Below, one piece after another: positions 29,545 through 38,667 of a stretch of DNA of 64,000 nucleotides; position 1 is the first letter of the stretch; each line of letters opens with the position of its first letter. Below the pieces are notes generated by a model that was given only the letters and a program-made list of their open reading frames with translations, was not told where the DNA came from and made no database searches. Both the position numbers and the translations under genes were made by a program. This stretch comes from Deltaproteobacteria bacterium. GTDB taxonomy: Bacteria > Desulfobacterota > Deferrimicrobia > Deferrimicrobiales > Deferrimicrobiaceae. The stretch covers positions 3,434 to 67,433 of the forward strand of contig JACRNP010000090.1 in NCBI GenBank assembly GCA_016234845.1. Direction: 5' to 3'.

Positions 29545-31242
29545 TCAATCCGGGGCGGTCACCCGGAGCACTTCCTCCAGGGTGGTCACGCCCTCCTCCA
29601 GTTTCGACAATCCCGACTGGCGCAGGGTCTTCATCCCCACGCGCACCGCCTCCCGCTTGATGTCCAGGGCCGATCCGCCCCGCAGGATCAGGTCCTTCAG
29701 CTCTTCCTTGATCGGCATGACCTCGTAGAGGGCGACCCGGCCCCGGAACCCGGTCCCGTTGCATTCGTCGCACCCCTTCCCCTTCCCCGGGCGCGAATGC
29801 CGGATCCGATCCGGATTCATCCCGGCGTCGATCAGCGCCTTGGGGGGAATCTTGAGGTCCTCGCGGCACTTCGCGCAGACCCGCCGGGCGAGCCGCTGCG
29901 CGACGATGAGGTTCAGCGACGAGGACACGAGGAACGGCTCGATCCCCATGTTGAGCAGCCGGGTCACCGTGCTCGGGGCGTCGTTCGTGTGGAGCGTGGA
30001 GAGCACGAGGTGGCCGGTCAAGGCCGCCTTCACGGCGATCTCCGCGGTCTCGTAGTCGCGGATCTCGCCCACCATGATGATGTCCGGGTCCTGCCGCAGG
30101 AAGGAGCGCAGCGCCGCCGCGAACGTGAGGCCGATCTCCTCCTTCATCTGGACCTGGTTGATCCCGGCGAAGTTGTACTCCACCGGGTCCTCCGCGGTCG
30201 AGATGTTGTCGGTGGTCTTGTTCAGGTCCGAAAGGGCCGAGTAGAGCGTCGTGGTCTTCCCCGATCCCGTGGGGCCGGTGACCAGGATCATCCCGTACGG
30301 GCGGTGGATCGATTCCATGAACTCGCCCAGCGCGGCCGCCTCGAATCCCAGCCTCGTCATGTCGAGCTGCAGGTTCGCCTTGTCGAGGAGCCGCAGGACG
30401 ATCTTCTCCCCGTAGATGGTCGGGAGAACCGATACGCGGAAGTCCATCTCCCGCCCCTTGCCGACCTTCATCTTGATGCGCCCGTCCTGGGGGAGGCGGC
30501 GTTCCGCGATGTCGAGGGACGACATGATCTTGAGCCGCGAGGAAAGGGCGTTCCGGAGGCGGAGCGGGGGCCGCATCACCTCGTACAGGACCCCGTCGAT
30601 CCGGTACCGGACCCGGAACTCCTTCTCGTACGGCTCGATGTGGATGTCGGACGCCCTCCGCTTGATCGCCTCGGTGAGGAGGTAGTTCGCCAGCTTCACG
30701 ACCGGCGCGTCGTCGACGCCCCGCTCGAGGTCCGCGGTGTCGACCTCTTCCTCGCGGATGACCTCGAGATCCTCGTCGAGCTCCGAGATGATGTCCTTGA
30801 ACTCCATCGAACGGTCGAAGAACTTGTTGATGGCCGCGGTGATGTCCCGCTCCGACGCCAGCACGAGCTCGACCGAATATCCCGTCTTGAAGCCGATCCC
30901 GTCGATGATCGCCATGTTCGACGGGTCCGCCACGGCGACGATCATCTTCGCCCCGACGCGGTTGATGGGGAGCGCGAGGTGCTTCTGGACCATCTCCTCG
31001 GGAAGCAGCCGGACGACATCGGGATTCACCTCGTACTTGGCGAGATCCACGACGGGCAGGTTGAACTGGCGCCCGAGAAACGCCAGGAGCTCCTCCTCCT
31101 TGATGTACCCGCCCTTGATCAGAACGGCGCCGATGCGCTCCCGGGTCTTCTCCTGGGTCTCGAGAGCGCTGCGCAGCTGTTCGGCGGTGATGAGATTCCC
31201 TTTGAGGAGCATCTCGCCGATTTTCGTGGCAAGCACCGACAC
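29545..31242 (-). CDS. pilB: Type IV pilus assembly ATPase PilB.
   Basis: N-terminal GSPII domain, Walker A VTGPTGSGKTTT, tetracysteine CAKC...CDEC motif; 565 aa. Confidence 0.9.
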   Translation of the reverse strand: MSVLATKIGEMLLKGNLITAEQLRSALETQEKTRERIGAVLIKGGYIKEEELLAFLGRQFNLPVVDLAKYEVNPDVVRLLPEEMVQKHLALPINRVGAKMIVAVADPSNMAIIDGIGFKTGYSVELVLASERDITAAINKFFDRSMEFKDIISELDEDLEVIREEEVDTADLERGVDDAPVVKLANYLLTEAIKRRASDIHIEPYEKEFRVRYRIDGVLYEVMRPPLRLRNALSSRLKIMSSLDIAERRLPQDGRIKMKVGKGREMDFRVSVLPTIYGEKIVLRLLDKANLQLDMTRLGFEAAALGEFMESIHRPYGMILVTGPTGSGKTTTLYSALSDLNKTTDNISTAEDPVEYNFAGINQVQMKEEIGLTFAAALRSFLRQDPDIIMVGEIRDYETAEIAVKAALTGHLVLSTLHTNDAPSTVTRLLNMGIEPFLVSSSLNLIVAQRLARRVCAKCREDLKIPPKALIDAGMNPDRIRHSRPGKGKGCDECNGTGFRGRVALYEVMPIKEELKDLILRGGSALDIKREAVRVGMKTLRQSGLSKLEEGVTTLEEVLRVTAPD

Positions 31243-31285
31243 GGTTCCGTTTACTCCTTGGGGACCTGTATCTCGCTAGAATGTA

Positions 31286-32161
31286 TCATATTTTCATCGC
31301 TCTCCTCGCCAACGCCAGGAACCACCCGCCGGGAATCCGCCTCCCGGTCCAAAGGGTGAAGCTTCGGGCCGCCTGGTGCGCCAGCATCGGCAGTCCGTCG
31401 ACCGTCGGAACACCGCGGGCGCGGAGCCGCCGCACGAGGGCGGTCCCGCCCGTGCGGTAAACTATATCGGCAAAGCGGGACGATTTCTCTACCCCTTTTA
31501 TCGGGAAATTTTCCCACTCTTCCCGCAGCCCCAGGGAGGTGCACTGGACGATGAGATCCGCGCCGCGGAACGCCCCGGCGAGGGTCGTCGTCGCCAGGTC
31601 CCCCGTGGAGAAAACGACGGACGGCAGCCGGGGCGACAGCGCCCGGGCGACCTCCTCCGCGCGACGGGGAGTCCGGTTGAGGAGAAGGATCCGGCGCGCC
31701 CCCGCCTTTCCCAGCGCGAAGGCGATCCCTCTCGCGGCGCCGCCCGCCCCCAACAGCACGACCCCGGGAAAACGCCTCCCCCACCCGCGTCCCTCCAGGG
31801 CGTCGACGAACCCGTCGCCGTCGGTGTTTTCCGCGTGGATCCTCCCGCCTCGCGCGACCAGCACGTTGGCAGCGCCGCACGCGATCACCGCGTCGGACCG
31901 GGTGTCGGAGAGCGCGGCGGCCTCCTCCTTGTACGGAATGGTGACGTTCCCGCCGAGGAAGTTCGCCTCCCGGACGAGGCGAAGAAAATCCGGAAGGCGG
32001 CCCGGGGGAAGGTCGACGGGGAAGTAGAACAGCGGAAGGCCGAGCCGCGCGGCGATCCCGTTGTGCATCGCGGGGCTCAGCGAATGGGAAACCGGGTGAC
32101 CGACGACGAACAGGAGGGAGGGTCCCGTCTTCCCCCGCGCTCCGGGAGGGGGGGGGCTCAA
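31286..32161 (-). CDS. aroE: Shikimate 5-dehydrogenase.
   Basis: LFVVGHPVSHSLSPAMHN substrate motif and GAGGAARGIAFAL NADP motif. No upstream in-frame ATG exists; the predicted TTG start overlaps the HNH gene's TGA (TTGA). Confidence 0.75.
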   Translation of the reverse strand: MSPPPPGARGKTGPSLLFVVGHPVSHSLSPAMHNGIAARLGLPLFYFPVDLPPGRLPDFLRLVREANFLGGNVTIPYKEEAAALSDTRSDAVIACGAANVLVARGGRIHAENTDGDGFVDALEGRGWGRRFPGVVLLGAGGAARGIAFALGKAGARRILLLNRTPRRAEEVARALSPRLPSVVFSTGDLATTTLAGAFRGADLIVQCTSLGLREEWENFPIKGVEKSSRFADIVYRTGGTALVRRLRARGVPTVDGLPMLAHQAARSFTLWTGRRIPGGWFLALARRAMKI

Positions 32162-32754
32162 TCCTGGAGCTCGAGGTTCCAATACGTGAAGTCGACGACG
32201 TTCAGGAACGGAACCCACTCCTTGTGGATCGGAGGCCGGAGGGAGAAGGCGTACTCCGGCGACCACCGGGGAGCGCCGGGCGCGGAGACCAGGCGCATAC
32301 CGACCTGCTCGGGGCGGTTTCCCCCCTTGCGCTTGTTGCACGGGACGCAGCTGCAGACGATGTTCTCCCAGCTGGTCTTGCCGCCCTGGGACCTCGGGAC
32401 CACGTGGTCGAGGTTGAGGTCGCTGACGGAGAACGAGCGGCCGCAATACTGGCAGACGCTGCGGTCCCGGACGAAGATGTTCCTGCGGCTGAACCGGACG
32501 TTCCTGCGGGGAACCCGGTCGTACGCGACCAGGACCAGGACCCGCGGGATGCGGACGGCGCTGCCCACCAGTCCGACCGCCTCTTCCCCCGTCGCGGTAG
32601 ACAATGCGCTCCAGGAGGGATAGTCGAACGTCTCGTACTGGTCGTTGATCGCCCGGGCGAGACCCGAATAGAGCAGGCAGAACGCCCTCCGGACGCTCGT
32701 CACGTGGACCGGGAAAAACGCCCGGTTGAGGACGAGGACGCTGGAGTTCAGCAT
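32158..32754 (-). CDS. HNH endonuclease-family protein.
   Basis: CQYCG...LDHVVPRSQGG...ENIVCSCVPCN, a His-Asn-His / zinc-ribbon motif set. Start at MLNSSVLVLNRAFFPVHV, typical of the widespread ~190-aa HNH family. Confidence 0.75.
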   Translation of the reverse strand: MLNSSVLVLNRAFFPVHVTSVRRAFCLLYSGLARAINDQYETFDYPSWSALSTATGEEAVGLVGSAVRIPRVLVLVAYDRVPRRNVRFSRRNIFVRDRSVCQYCGRSFSVSDLNLDHVVPRSQGGKTSWENIVCSCVPCNKRKGGNRPEQVGMRLVSAPGAPRWSPEYAFSLRPPIHKEWVPFLNVVDFTYWNLELQD

Positions 32755-32809
32755 CGGGGGGCTTCGCCGCACATGGTGGCTCCTACTGTACCGACCGCGC
32801 GAAAGACGG

Positions 32810-34213
32810 TCAATCGTTCTTCTCCGCGGCGAGGATGGCCGCCGCAAGCGCGGGCACCTCGTCGTCCCGGACGGTCCGCAGGTCCAGGAGCAGCTGCCCG
32901 CCGCCCACCCGCGCGACCACCGGCGGGTCTCCGCCGAGGAGCCGCCGGAACAGCTTCCCCTCGGGGATGCCCGGGTGGGAGACCGCCACGCACGTGGTCG
33001 GGACGAACACGTCCGGAAGCGCTCCGCCCCCGGGAGAGGTCCCGCCCGGCGCGAGGGAGAGGGTGAGCGCGGAACCGCCCGCGCGGCGGACGCGGCGGAC
33101 GAGTCGGACCGCGCGCGCGCGCACCCGGGCGGGAGGCTCGAGGAGCATTCGGAGCACGGGTATCCCCGACACCGCCCTCCGGTCGTCGGCGTACAGGCGA
33201 AGAACCGCCGCCAGCGCCGCGAGGCGCAACTTGTCGATGCGCAGCGCGCGGGAGAGGGGGTGCCGCTTGAGCGGAGCGACGAGATCCTCGCTCCCGAGGA
33301 TGATCCCCGCCTGGGGCCCGCCGAGAAGCTTGTCCCCGCTCGCCGTGACGATCCCGGGGCCCGCGGAGAGGGCCTGCCGCAGCGAAAACGCCCCCGGGAT
33401 GCCGAGCGCGGCCAGGTCCAGCAGCGCCCCGGCCCCCTGGTCCTCCAGGACGGGGATCCCGGCCCTCGCGCCGATCGACGCGAGGTCGGCGGCGGATACC
33501 TCCTCCGTGAATCCGGTGACCGCAAAGTTCGACCGGTGGACCTTCAGCAGCAGGGCCGTCTGCCCGGTGATCGCGTTCTCGTAATCCCGGGCGCGGGTCC
33601 GGTTGGTCGTCCCGACCTCCACCATGCGCGCGCCGCTCTCCGCCATGATCTCGGGGACGCGGAACGAGCCGCCGATCTCGACCAGCTCGCCGCGGCTTAC
33701 GATCACCTCGCGTCCCCGCGCGATGCCCGACAGGCACAGGAGGACGGCGGCGGCGTTGTTGTTCACCACGTGGGCGCACTCCGCGCCGGTGAGGGCGCGG
33801 ATCATCCCCTCCACGTGGGAGAGGCGCGAGGAGCGCTCCCCCGCGTCCAGGTCGTACTCCAGGTTGGTGTATCCGCGGGACGTTTCGAGGACGGCGTCGA
33901 GCGCTTCCTTCGGAAGCGGCGCCCGGCCGAGGTTGGTGTGAACGACAACCCCGGCCGCGTTGATCACCCTGCGCATCGAGAGGGATTCACCGGCCGCGAT
34001 CTCCGCCGGGAGCCGGGCGAGGATCCGCTCGACCCACATATCCCGGGATGGGGCCTCACCGGAGCCGGCCGAGGAGCGGAGTTCGCCGAGGACCCTTCGG
34101 AGGGAGTCGACCACCACGGCGCGGGGGTGGACCCGGAGGAGGGCGCGGACCGGGTCGCGTCCCAGAAGCGACGCGATCGACGGAAGGTTCCGCAGTCCCT
34201 GGTCGTCCGGCAT
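32810..34213 (-). CDS. selA: L-seryl-tRNA(Sec) selenium transferase.
   Basis: SelA-family PLP enzyme (NAAGVVVHTNLGRAPL, SGDKLLGGPQAGII); start at MPDDQGLRNLPS. Confidence 0.85.
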   Translation of the reverse strand: MPDDQGLRNLPSIASLLGRDPVRALLRVHPRAVVVDSLRRVLGELRSSAGSGEAPSRDMWVERILARLPAEIAAGESLSMRRVINAAGVVVHTNLGRAPLPKEALDAVLETSRGYTNLEYDLDAGERSSRLSHVEGMIRALTGAECAHVVNNNAAAVLLCLSGIARGREVIVSRGELVEIGGSFRVPEIMAESGARMVEVGTTNRTRARDYENAITGQTALLLKVHRSNFAVTGFTEEVSAADLASIGARAGIPVLEDQGAGALLDLAALGIPGAFSLRQALSAGPGIVTASGDKLLGGPQAGIILGSEDLVAPLKRHPLSRALRIDKLRLAALAAVLRLYADDRRAVSGIPVLRMLLEPPARVRARAVRLVRRVRRAGGSALTLSLAPGGTSPGGGALPDVFVPTTCVAVSHPGIPEGKLFRRLLGGDPPVVARVGGGQLLLDLRTVRDDEVPALAAAILAAEKND

Positions 34214-34226
34214 GAGGACGCGAAGG

Positions 34227-34892
34227 TCAGCCCTTCGCCAGCTCCCGGAGAAGGATCGTCTTGCCGTAGAGGGCGTTCTTCTGGACGAGCTCCTCCGCGA
34301 GGGATGCATCCCGCTTGCGGAACGCCTCGATGATCTCCTGGTGCTGCCGGATCGACCCCTCGATCCTGCCCGGCATGGCGAGGATCAGGCGGAACCGCTG
34401 GAACTGCATCACCATGTTCTGGACGATCGCGTGGAGCTTGTCGTTCCCGCAGGCCCGCAGGAAGATGTCGTGGAACTCGTTGTGGAGATCGAGCACGCGC
34501 CGCAGGTCCTTCTTCGCGGAAGCCGCCTCGAGCTGCCGGTTCACGGTCGCCATCTTCGTCAGGTCGTTCTCCGTCAGCGTCTTCGCCGCCAGCTTCGCCG
34601 CGTACCCCTCGAGCACCATCTTCAGGTCGTAGAAGTTGGAAACGTCCTGGGCGGAGAGGGAGGCGACGATCGCCCCCTTTCGCGGGATGACCGAGATGAA
34701 CCCTTCCGACTCGAGCTGCCGGAACGCCTCCCGGATCGGGGTGCGGCTGATGCCGAACTTGTCCGCGAGCTCCGGCTCGGCGATGCGGGCCCCCGGCCTG
34801 AGCTGCCCGTTGACGATGGCGCCCCGGATCGAGGAGACGATCCGCTCGCGAAGGGTCATGTGGTTGTCGATTCGGATTTTGAGCTTTTGCAA
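34227..34892 (-). CDS. GntR-family (FadR/FCD subfamily) transcriptional regulator.
   Basis: GntR HTH (LADKFGISRTPIREAFRQLESEG) and a C-terminal FCD domain. The true start may be the internal MTLRERI. Confidence 0.8.
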   Translation of the reverse strand: MQKLKIRIDNHMTLRERIVSSIRGAIVNGQLRPGARIAEPELADKFGISRTPIREAFRQLESEGFISVIPRKGAIVASLSAQDVSNFYDLKMVLEGYAAKLAAKTLTENDLTKMATVNRQLEAASAKKDLRRVLDLHNEFHDIFLRACGNDKLHAIVQNMVMQFQRFRLILAMPGRIEGSIRQHQEIIEAFRKRDASLAEELVQKNALYGKTILLRELAKG

Positions 34893-35098
34893 TGGGATAC
34901 CCCTGCGGACCGGAAAATGAACGCCGTTCTATGTATACAGTATACAAATCGAATGTCAAGTACCTAATTTCCGGGCGTATTCCGGCCCGGAGGCGCGCCG
35001 CCCCCCGCGGATTTCCCGGTGGAACCTCCGCCTTGCCCGACGCCGCGGGATGCGGTACGGTCTACCGTCCAGACCATTCCCCCGCCGGAGGCGCCGCG

Positions 35099-35887
35099 AT
35101 GAACCGGGTCGTCCACTCCACCGTCCCCTACCCCATGCTCTCGGAGGAAGGGACGCTCGCCGCCCTGGTCGAGGCGGGCGTCGGTCCCGAGATCTACTTC
35201 TCCGGGGCGACCCTCGACCGGCTGACCCCCGGCGAAGCCGAGCGGTCCGCGGAGGCGCTCCGCGCCGCCGGGATCCGCACCCTTTCCTTCCACGCCCCGT
35301 TCCGCGACGTGTGGCCGGGGGCCCAGGACGAGGAAGCCCGCCGGCTCTCCGTGCGGCGCATGCGCCAGGCGATCGCGCTGGCCCCCGTCTACCGGCCCGA
35401 GGGGATCGTCGTGCACGGAGGGTATTTCGGCTGGCTGTTCGACTTCCACGCCGAGGAGTGGCTCGCATCCGCCGCGCGTTCGTTCGGCGAGCTCGCGGAG
35501 GCGGCGGAGAAGGCCGGGACGGAGCTGTTCGTGGAAAACGTCTTCGACGAGATCCCCGACCACCTCCTGCGCCTCCGGGAGGCGGTGGGTTCCCCGCGCC
35601 TCCACTTCTGCTTCGACCCCGGACACGCGAATCTCTTCTCCAGGCTGCCCGTGCACCAGTGGGCGAAGGCGTTCGGGAAGGAGATCCGGCTGATGCACGT
35701 CCACGACAACCGGGGCCGCCGGGACGACCACCTCCCCGTGGGAGAGGGAACGATCAATTTCCGCGGGGTGCTGCTGGCGGTGGGCGATGCGGGAGCCCGT
35801 CCGATCCTCACCCTCGAACCGCACCGGAAGGAGCATTTCCCGCGGGGAGTGGCGGGACTCCGGGAGATCCTTTCGACCCTCCCCTGA
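35099..35887 (+). CDS. Sugar phosphate isomerase/epimerase (xylose-isomerase-like TIM barrel).
   Basis: AP-endonuclease-2/xylose-isomerase-like barrel with metal-binding His/Glu/Asp (HAPF, FVENV, HVHDN); start at MNRVVHS. The upstream 69 aa of the ORF is junk. Confidence 0.7.
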   Translation: MNRVVHSTVPYPMLSEEGTLAALVEAGVGPEIYFSGATLDRLTPGEAERSAEALRAAGIRTLSFHAPFRDVWPGAQDEEARRLSVRRMRQAIALAPVYRPEGIVVHGGYFGWLFDFHAEEWLASAARSFGELAEAAEKAGTELFVENVFDEIPDHLLRLREAVGSPRLHFCFDPGHANLFSRLPVHQWAKAFGKEIRLMHVHDNRGRRDDHLPVGEGTINFRGVLLAVGDAGARPILTLEPHRKEHFPRGVAGLREILSTLP

Positions 35888-35891
35888 GCCG

Positions 35892-36248
35892 TCAGGCGCC
35901 GGACAGGTATTCGAGCGCCTCCTTCTCCGTGTCGAACGAGCGGACGTATTTCGAGAGGCCGGTCACCTGGAACAGGTCCCGGTTGATCCGGCTCACCTCG
36001 CAGAACGCCATCCGCCCATCCCCCTCCATCACCTTCTCGACGATCCCGATGATGAACGAGATGCCGATGCTGTTGACCAGGCGGGTCTCCCCGAAATGGA
36101 GGAGGAGGCGCCGCCCTCCCCCGCCGATCCGGGAGCGCACGACCCTCTCCACCTCTTCCCCGAGCAGGCTGTTCAGATACCCGCCCACGTACACCACCAT
36201 GGTTTCCCCGTCCATCCGGGTGCGGATCTTCGCGTGCGGCGACATCAT
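35892..36248 (-). CDS. STAS-domain anti-sigma-factor antagonist (SpoIIAA/RsbV-like).
   Basis: 118 aa ending ...GLSKYVRSFDTEKEALEYLSGA, a STAS fold. Its start overlaps the stop of the upstream kinase gene by 4 nt. Confidence 0.7.
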   Translation of the reverse strand: MMSPHAKIRTRMDGETMVVYVGGYLNSLLGEEVERVVRSRIGGGGRRLLLHFGETRLVNSIGISFIIGIVEKVMEGDGRMAFCEVSRINRDLFQVTGLSKYVRSFDTEKEALEYLSGA

Positions 36249-38572
36249 CCCTCGCCGGGGGCCGCAGGCCCCCCGTCTCCCCGGGCGGGGCTCCCCGTCT
36301 CCCCGGGACCTCCGTCCAGATACTTGACCATCCGGACGACCGTGCCGTCCGGCCCCGTGGCGATCTCCACGTCGTCCACCAGCTCCCGGATCAACCGCAA
36401 TCCCCACCCGCGGTTCTTCTTCGACTCCTCCGGCGTCTTCCCCCCCCGGAACCCCTTCCCGTCGTCCTGGACGAACAGCTCGATCTTCTCCGGGGAGAGC
36501 AGGTAGCGCAGGCGGACCTTTCCCGTCGCGGAGGCGCTGTGCTCGAACGCGTTGATGCACGCCTCGATGATCGCCATCTTGATCCGGTCGACCGTGTCCG
36601 GGTCGACGGACGCGAACGCGGCGACCTCCTCGGCGACCCGTGCCGCGACCACCTCGGAATCGGCCTTCATCGGCAGGACCAGTTCGTACTCCAGCGTCCG
36701 GTCGGCGCGGGGCGCGGCCGGGCCGGACGGCTTCGCGCCCTCCGGCTCCCGCTCCATCTCCTCGAGCCCGAACAGGTTGAGGAAGAGCCGAAGCTGCGTC
36801 GGGTGCGACAGGTGCACTCCGTACCGGGAGGCGAGGTCCACCGCCGCGGGGTCCGCCGCCTCGTGAAGCACCATCCACTTCCGGAGCCGGTCGGCGGGCA
36901 GCCCTTTCTCCAGCGCTAGGAGACGGCAACGGTTCTCGAAGTGCTCCACGGAACGCGCCGCCAACGTCTTTTCCGGAACCACGTCGACCGCCCAGATGAC
37001 CAGGTTCTCTTCCGAAAATTCCTCCTCGAGGAAGCCGTACGCCACCAGGTCGAAGTCGAATCGCGGCCCTCCGCGGACGGCCCGGTAGCCGGTGGACACG
37101 GAGGACACCTTCGGAAGGCGGATCTTCACCGGCTCCCGCTCCATCCCGATCACGACCTCGAGGAGCCCCTTCCCGCCGAACTTCTCCCGGAACCGCCCGT
37201 ACTCGAGCAGGAGAAGCGGCACTTCCCGCAGGTCCCACTTCCGCATCATCTCCTTCACCGCGGCGACGCGGCGCGCGTGTTCCGCGCCCTGCCCCGCCTC
37301 GGGGGAGGCGTGGGACAGCCGCGCCTGCACGATGGAGGCGGCGACCTGCGATCCGCCCTTTCCGAGCACCCCGCGTTCGAACGCCCAGAACAGGAAGTCG
37401 GACAGGACCGGGTCGCCGGTGAAGGTCAGCTGCTCGAGGTCGGACTTCATCAGCCCCTTGAATTCGAGCGCCGCGAGAACCGCCTCCCCCTCCTCCTGGG
37501 ATGTCCCCATCAGCGACAGCGCCCCCTCCACGGTGTCCAGCGGGAACCGGTCGCACAGGACGCGCTTCAGGAACCGGATCGCGCGCCCCCGCCGGCCGCG
37601 TTCCGGGAACGTGTTCTCGAAGAACTCCCTCCAGTACCGGTTCAGCTTCCCCTCCGTGACGGAGAGCGCGTAGAGATTCTCGAGGGAGATCGTGTCCTCC
37701 ACCTTCACGTTCCGGAAGAAGATCTCCTCGACCAGCATCCGCTGGTACACCGGGATCCCCCCGAGGCGCTCGGAGGCGCGCGGCAGGAGCGACGGCGCCA
37801 TGACGATCCGGCGGCGGTCGCAGAGCCGCTCCCAGAGCCGCACGGACGGCTCCCTGGAGAGCCCCCCGATCTCGAGCATCTGGAAGGTCCCGAAGAGACC
37901 CTCCCGCTTGAGGGACGCTGTGACCCTCCCCGGGGAGGAGCCGGAGAGGAACATGGGGTAGTGCCCCGACTTGATGAAGGGGCGGAGGATGGAAAGCATC
38001 GTCCCGTCGGGGATCCCCTGCATTTTCCCCGTATACTGGAAGTCGTCGAAGAGGAAGACCGGATAGAAGACCTCCCCCGCCGCCGCGAACGGGAACGACA
38101 TGGCGTTCACGAGCGCCGACAGCCCGTCGCCGGACGAGGTGTACCGGGAGTGCGCGGACAGGGTATCCCTGCAGCCGCCGAAACCGTGGGCGGCCAGGCG
38201 GTCGCACATCGCTTCCGGGTCGAACACCGGCGGCTGCGGGTCCCCGAGGAACCGGAGGAGCTGCCAGAGGAACTCCTGCAGGAAGTGCTGGGACAGCGCC
38301 AGTGGATGGGAGAGGATCTGGCTGAAGGAGAAGTAGAAGGGGAACGGCCTCGGCGGCTCGCCGTCCACCGGTCCCGACCGGAGCCCCTGCGCCACCTTGA
38401 GCAGCAGCGACGTCTTTCCGATGTTGGGAGGGCCGTAGATCATGAAGGAGGAACCGATGCCGCGCCCCCCCTCGGCCGCCGCCCGCGTCAGGGCGGCCAT
38501 CTCCTCCTCCCGGCCGAAGAAATCCTCTTCACGGAAGGACGCCTCCGCCCCCATGGTGCCGAAAAGACGCAA
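36245..38572 (-). CDS. Fusion protein: N-terminal archaeal-type AAA ATPase (AAA_16/Arch_ATPase-like) and C-terminal RsbW/SpoIIAB-type anti-sigma serine kinase (HATPase_c).
   Basis: Walker A (GPPNIGKTS) and Walker B (VFLFDDF) in the first ~200 aa. The C-terminal ~130 aa (DRIKMAIIEACINAFEHS...GWGLRLIRELVDDVEI...VVRMVKY) matches the anti-sigma kinase fold. 775 aa. Confidence 0.75.
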   Translation of the reverse strand: MRLFGTMGAEASFREEDFFGREEEMAALTRAAAEGGRGIGSSFMIYGPPNIGKTSLLLKVAQGLRSGPVDGEPPRPFPFYFSFSQILSHPLALSQHFLQEFLWQLLRFLGDPQPPVFDPEAMCDRLAAHGFGGCRDTLSAHSRYTSSGDGLSALVNAMSFPFAAAGEVFYPVFLFDDFQYTGKMQGIPDGTMLSILRPFIKSGHYPMFLSGSSPGRVTASLKREGLFGTFQMLEIGGLSREPSVRLWERLCDRRRIVMAPSLLPRASERLGGIPVYQRMLVEEIFFRNVKVEDTISLENLYALSVTEGKLNRYWREFFENTFPERGRRGRAIRFLKRVLCDRFPLDTVEGALSLMGTSQEEGEAVLAALEFKGLMKSDLEQLTFTGDPVLSDFLFWAFERGVLGKGGSQVAASIVQARLSHASPEAGQGAEHARRVAAVKEMMRKWDLREVPLLLLEYGRFREKFGGKGLLEVVIGMEREPVKIRLPKVSSVSTGYRAVRGGPRFDFDLVAYGFLEEEFSEENLVIWAVDVVPEKTLAARSVEHFENRCRLLALEKGLPADRLRKWMVLHEAADPAAVDLASRYGVHLSHPTQLRLFLNLFGLEEMEREPEGAKPSGPAAPRADRTLEYELVLPMKADSEVVAARVAEEVAAFASVDPDTVDRIKMAIIEACINAFEHSASATGKVRLRYLLSPEKIELFVQDDGKGFRGGKTPEESKKNRGWGLRLIRELVDDVEIATGPDGTVVRMVKYLDGGPGETGSPARGDGGPAAPGEG

Positions 38573-38667
38573 TTCCCCTGTACCCCCGAACCGGTGGTCC
38601 CGGCGCCTCGGGATAATGTAGCGTGAAACCGTTGCGTTTACAAAAATTTCATGGGATTTTCGAGCCC

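Noticed and set aside
23047-31359. Plus-strand ORFs 23047..25590, 26540..27205, 27030..29660, 29374..31359 and minus-strand 26662..29367.
   Set aside because: They overlap the strongly supported GGDEF, trmFO and pilSCTB genes in other frames. No domain-like sequence.
35892-38207. 771-aa ORF 35892..38207 and plus-strand ORFs 36539..38626.
   Set aside because: The long minus ORF is an out-of-frame read-through. Only its last 118 aa (the STAS protein, 35892..36248) is protein-like. The plus-strand frames are antisense to the AAA-kinase gene.
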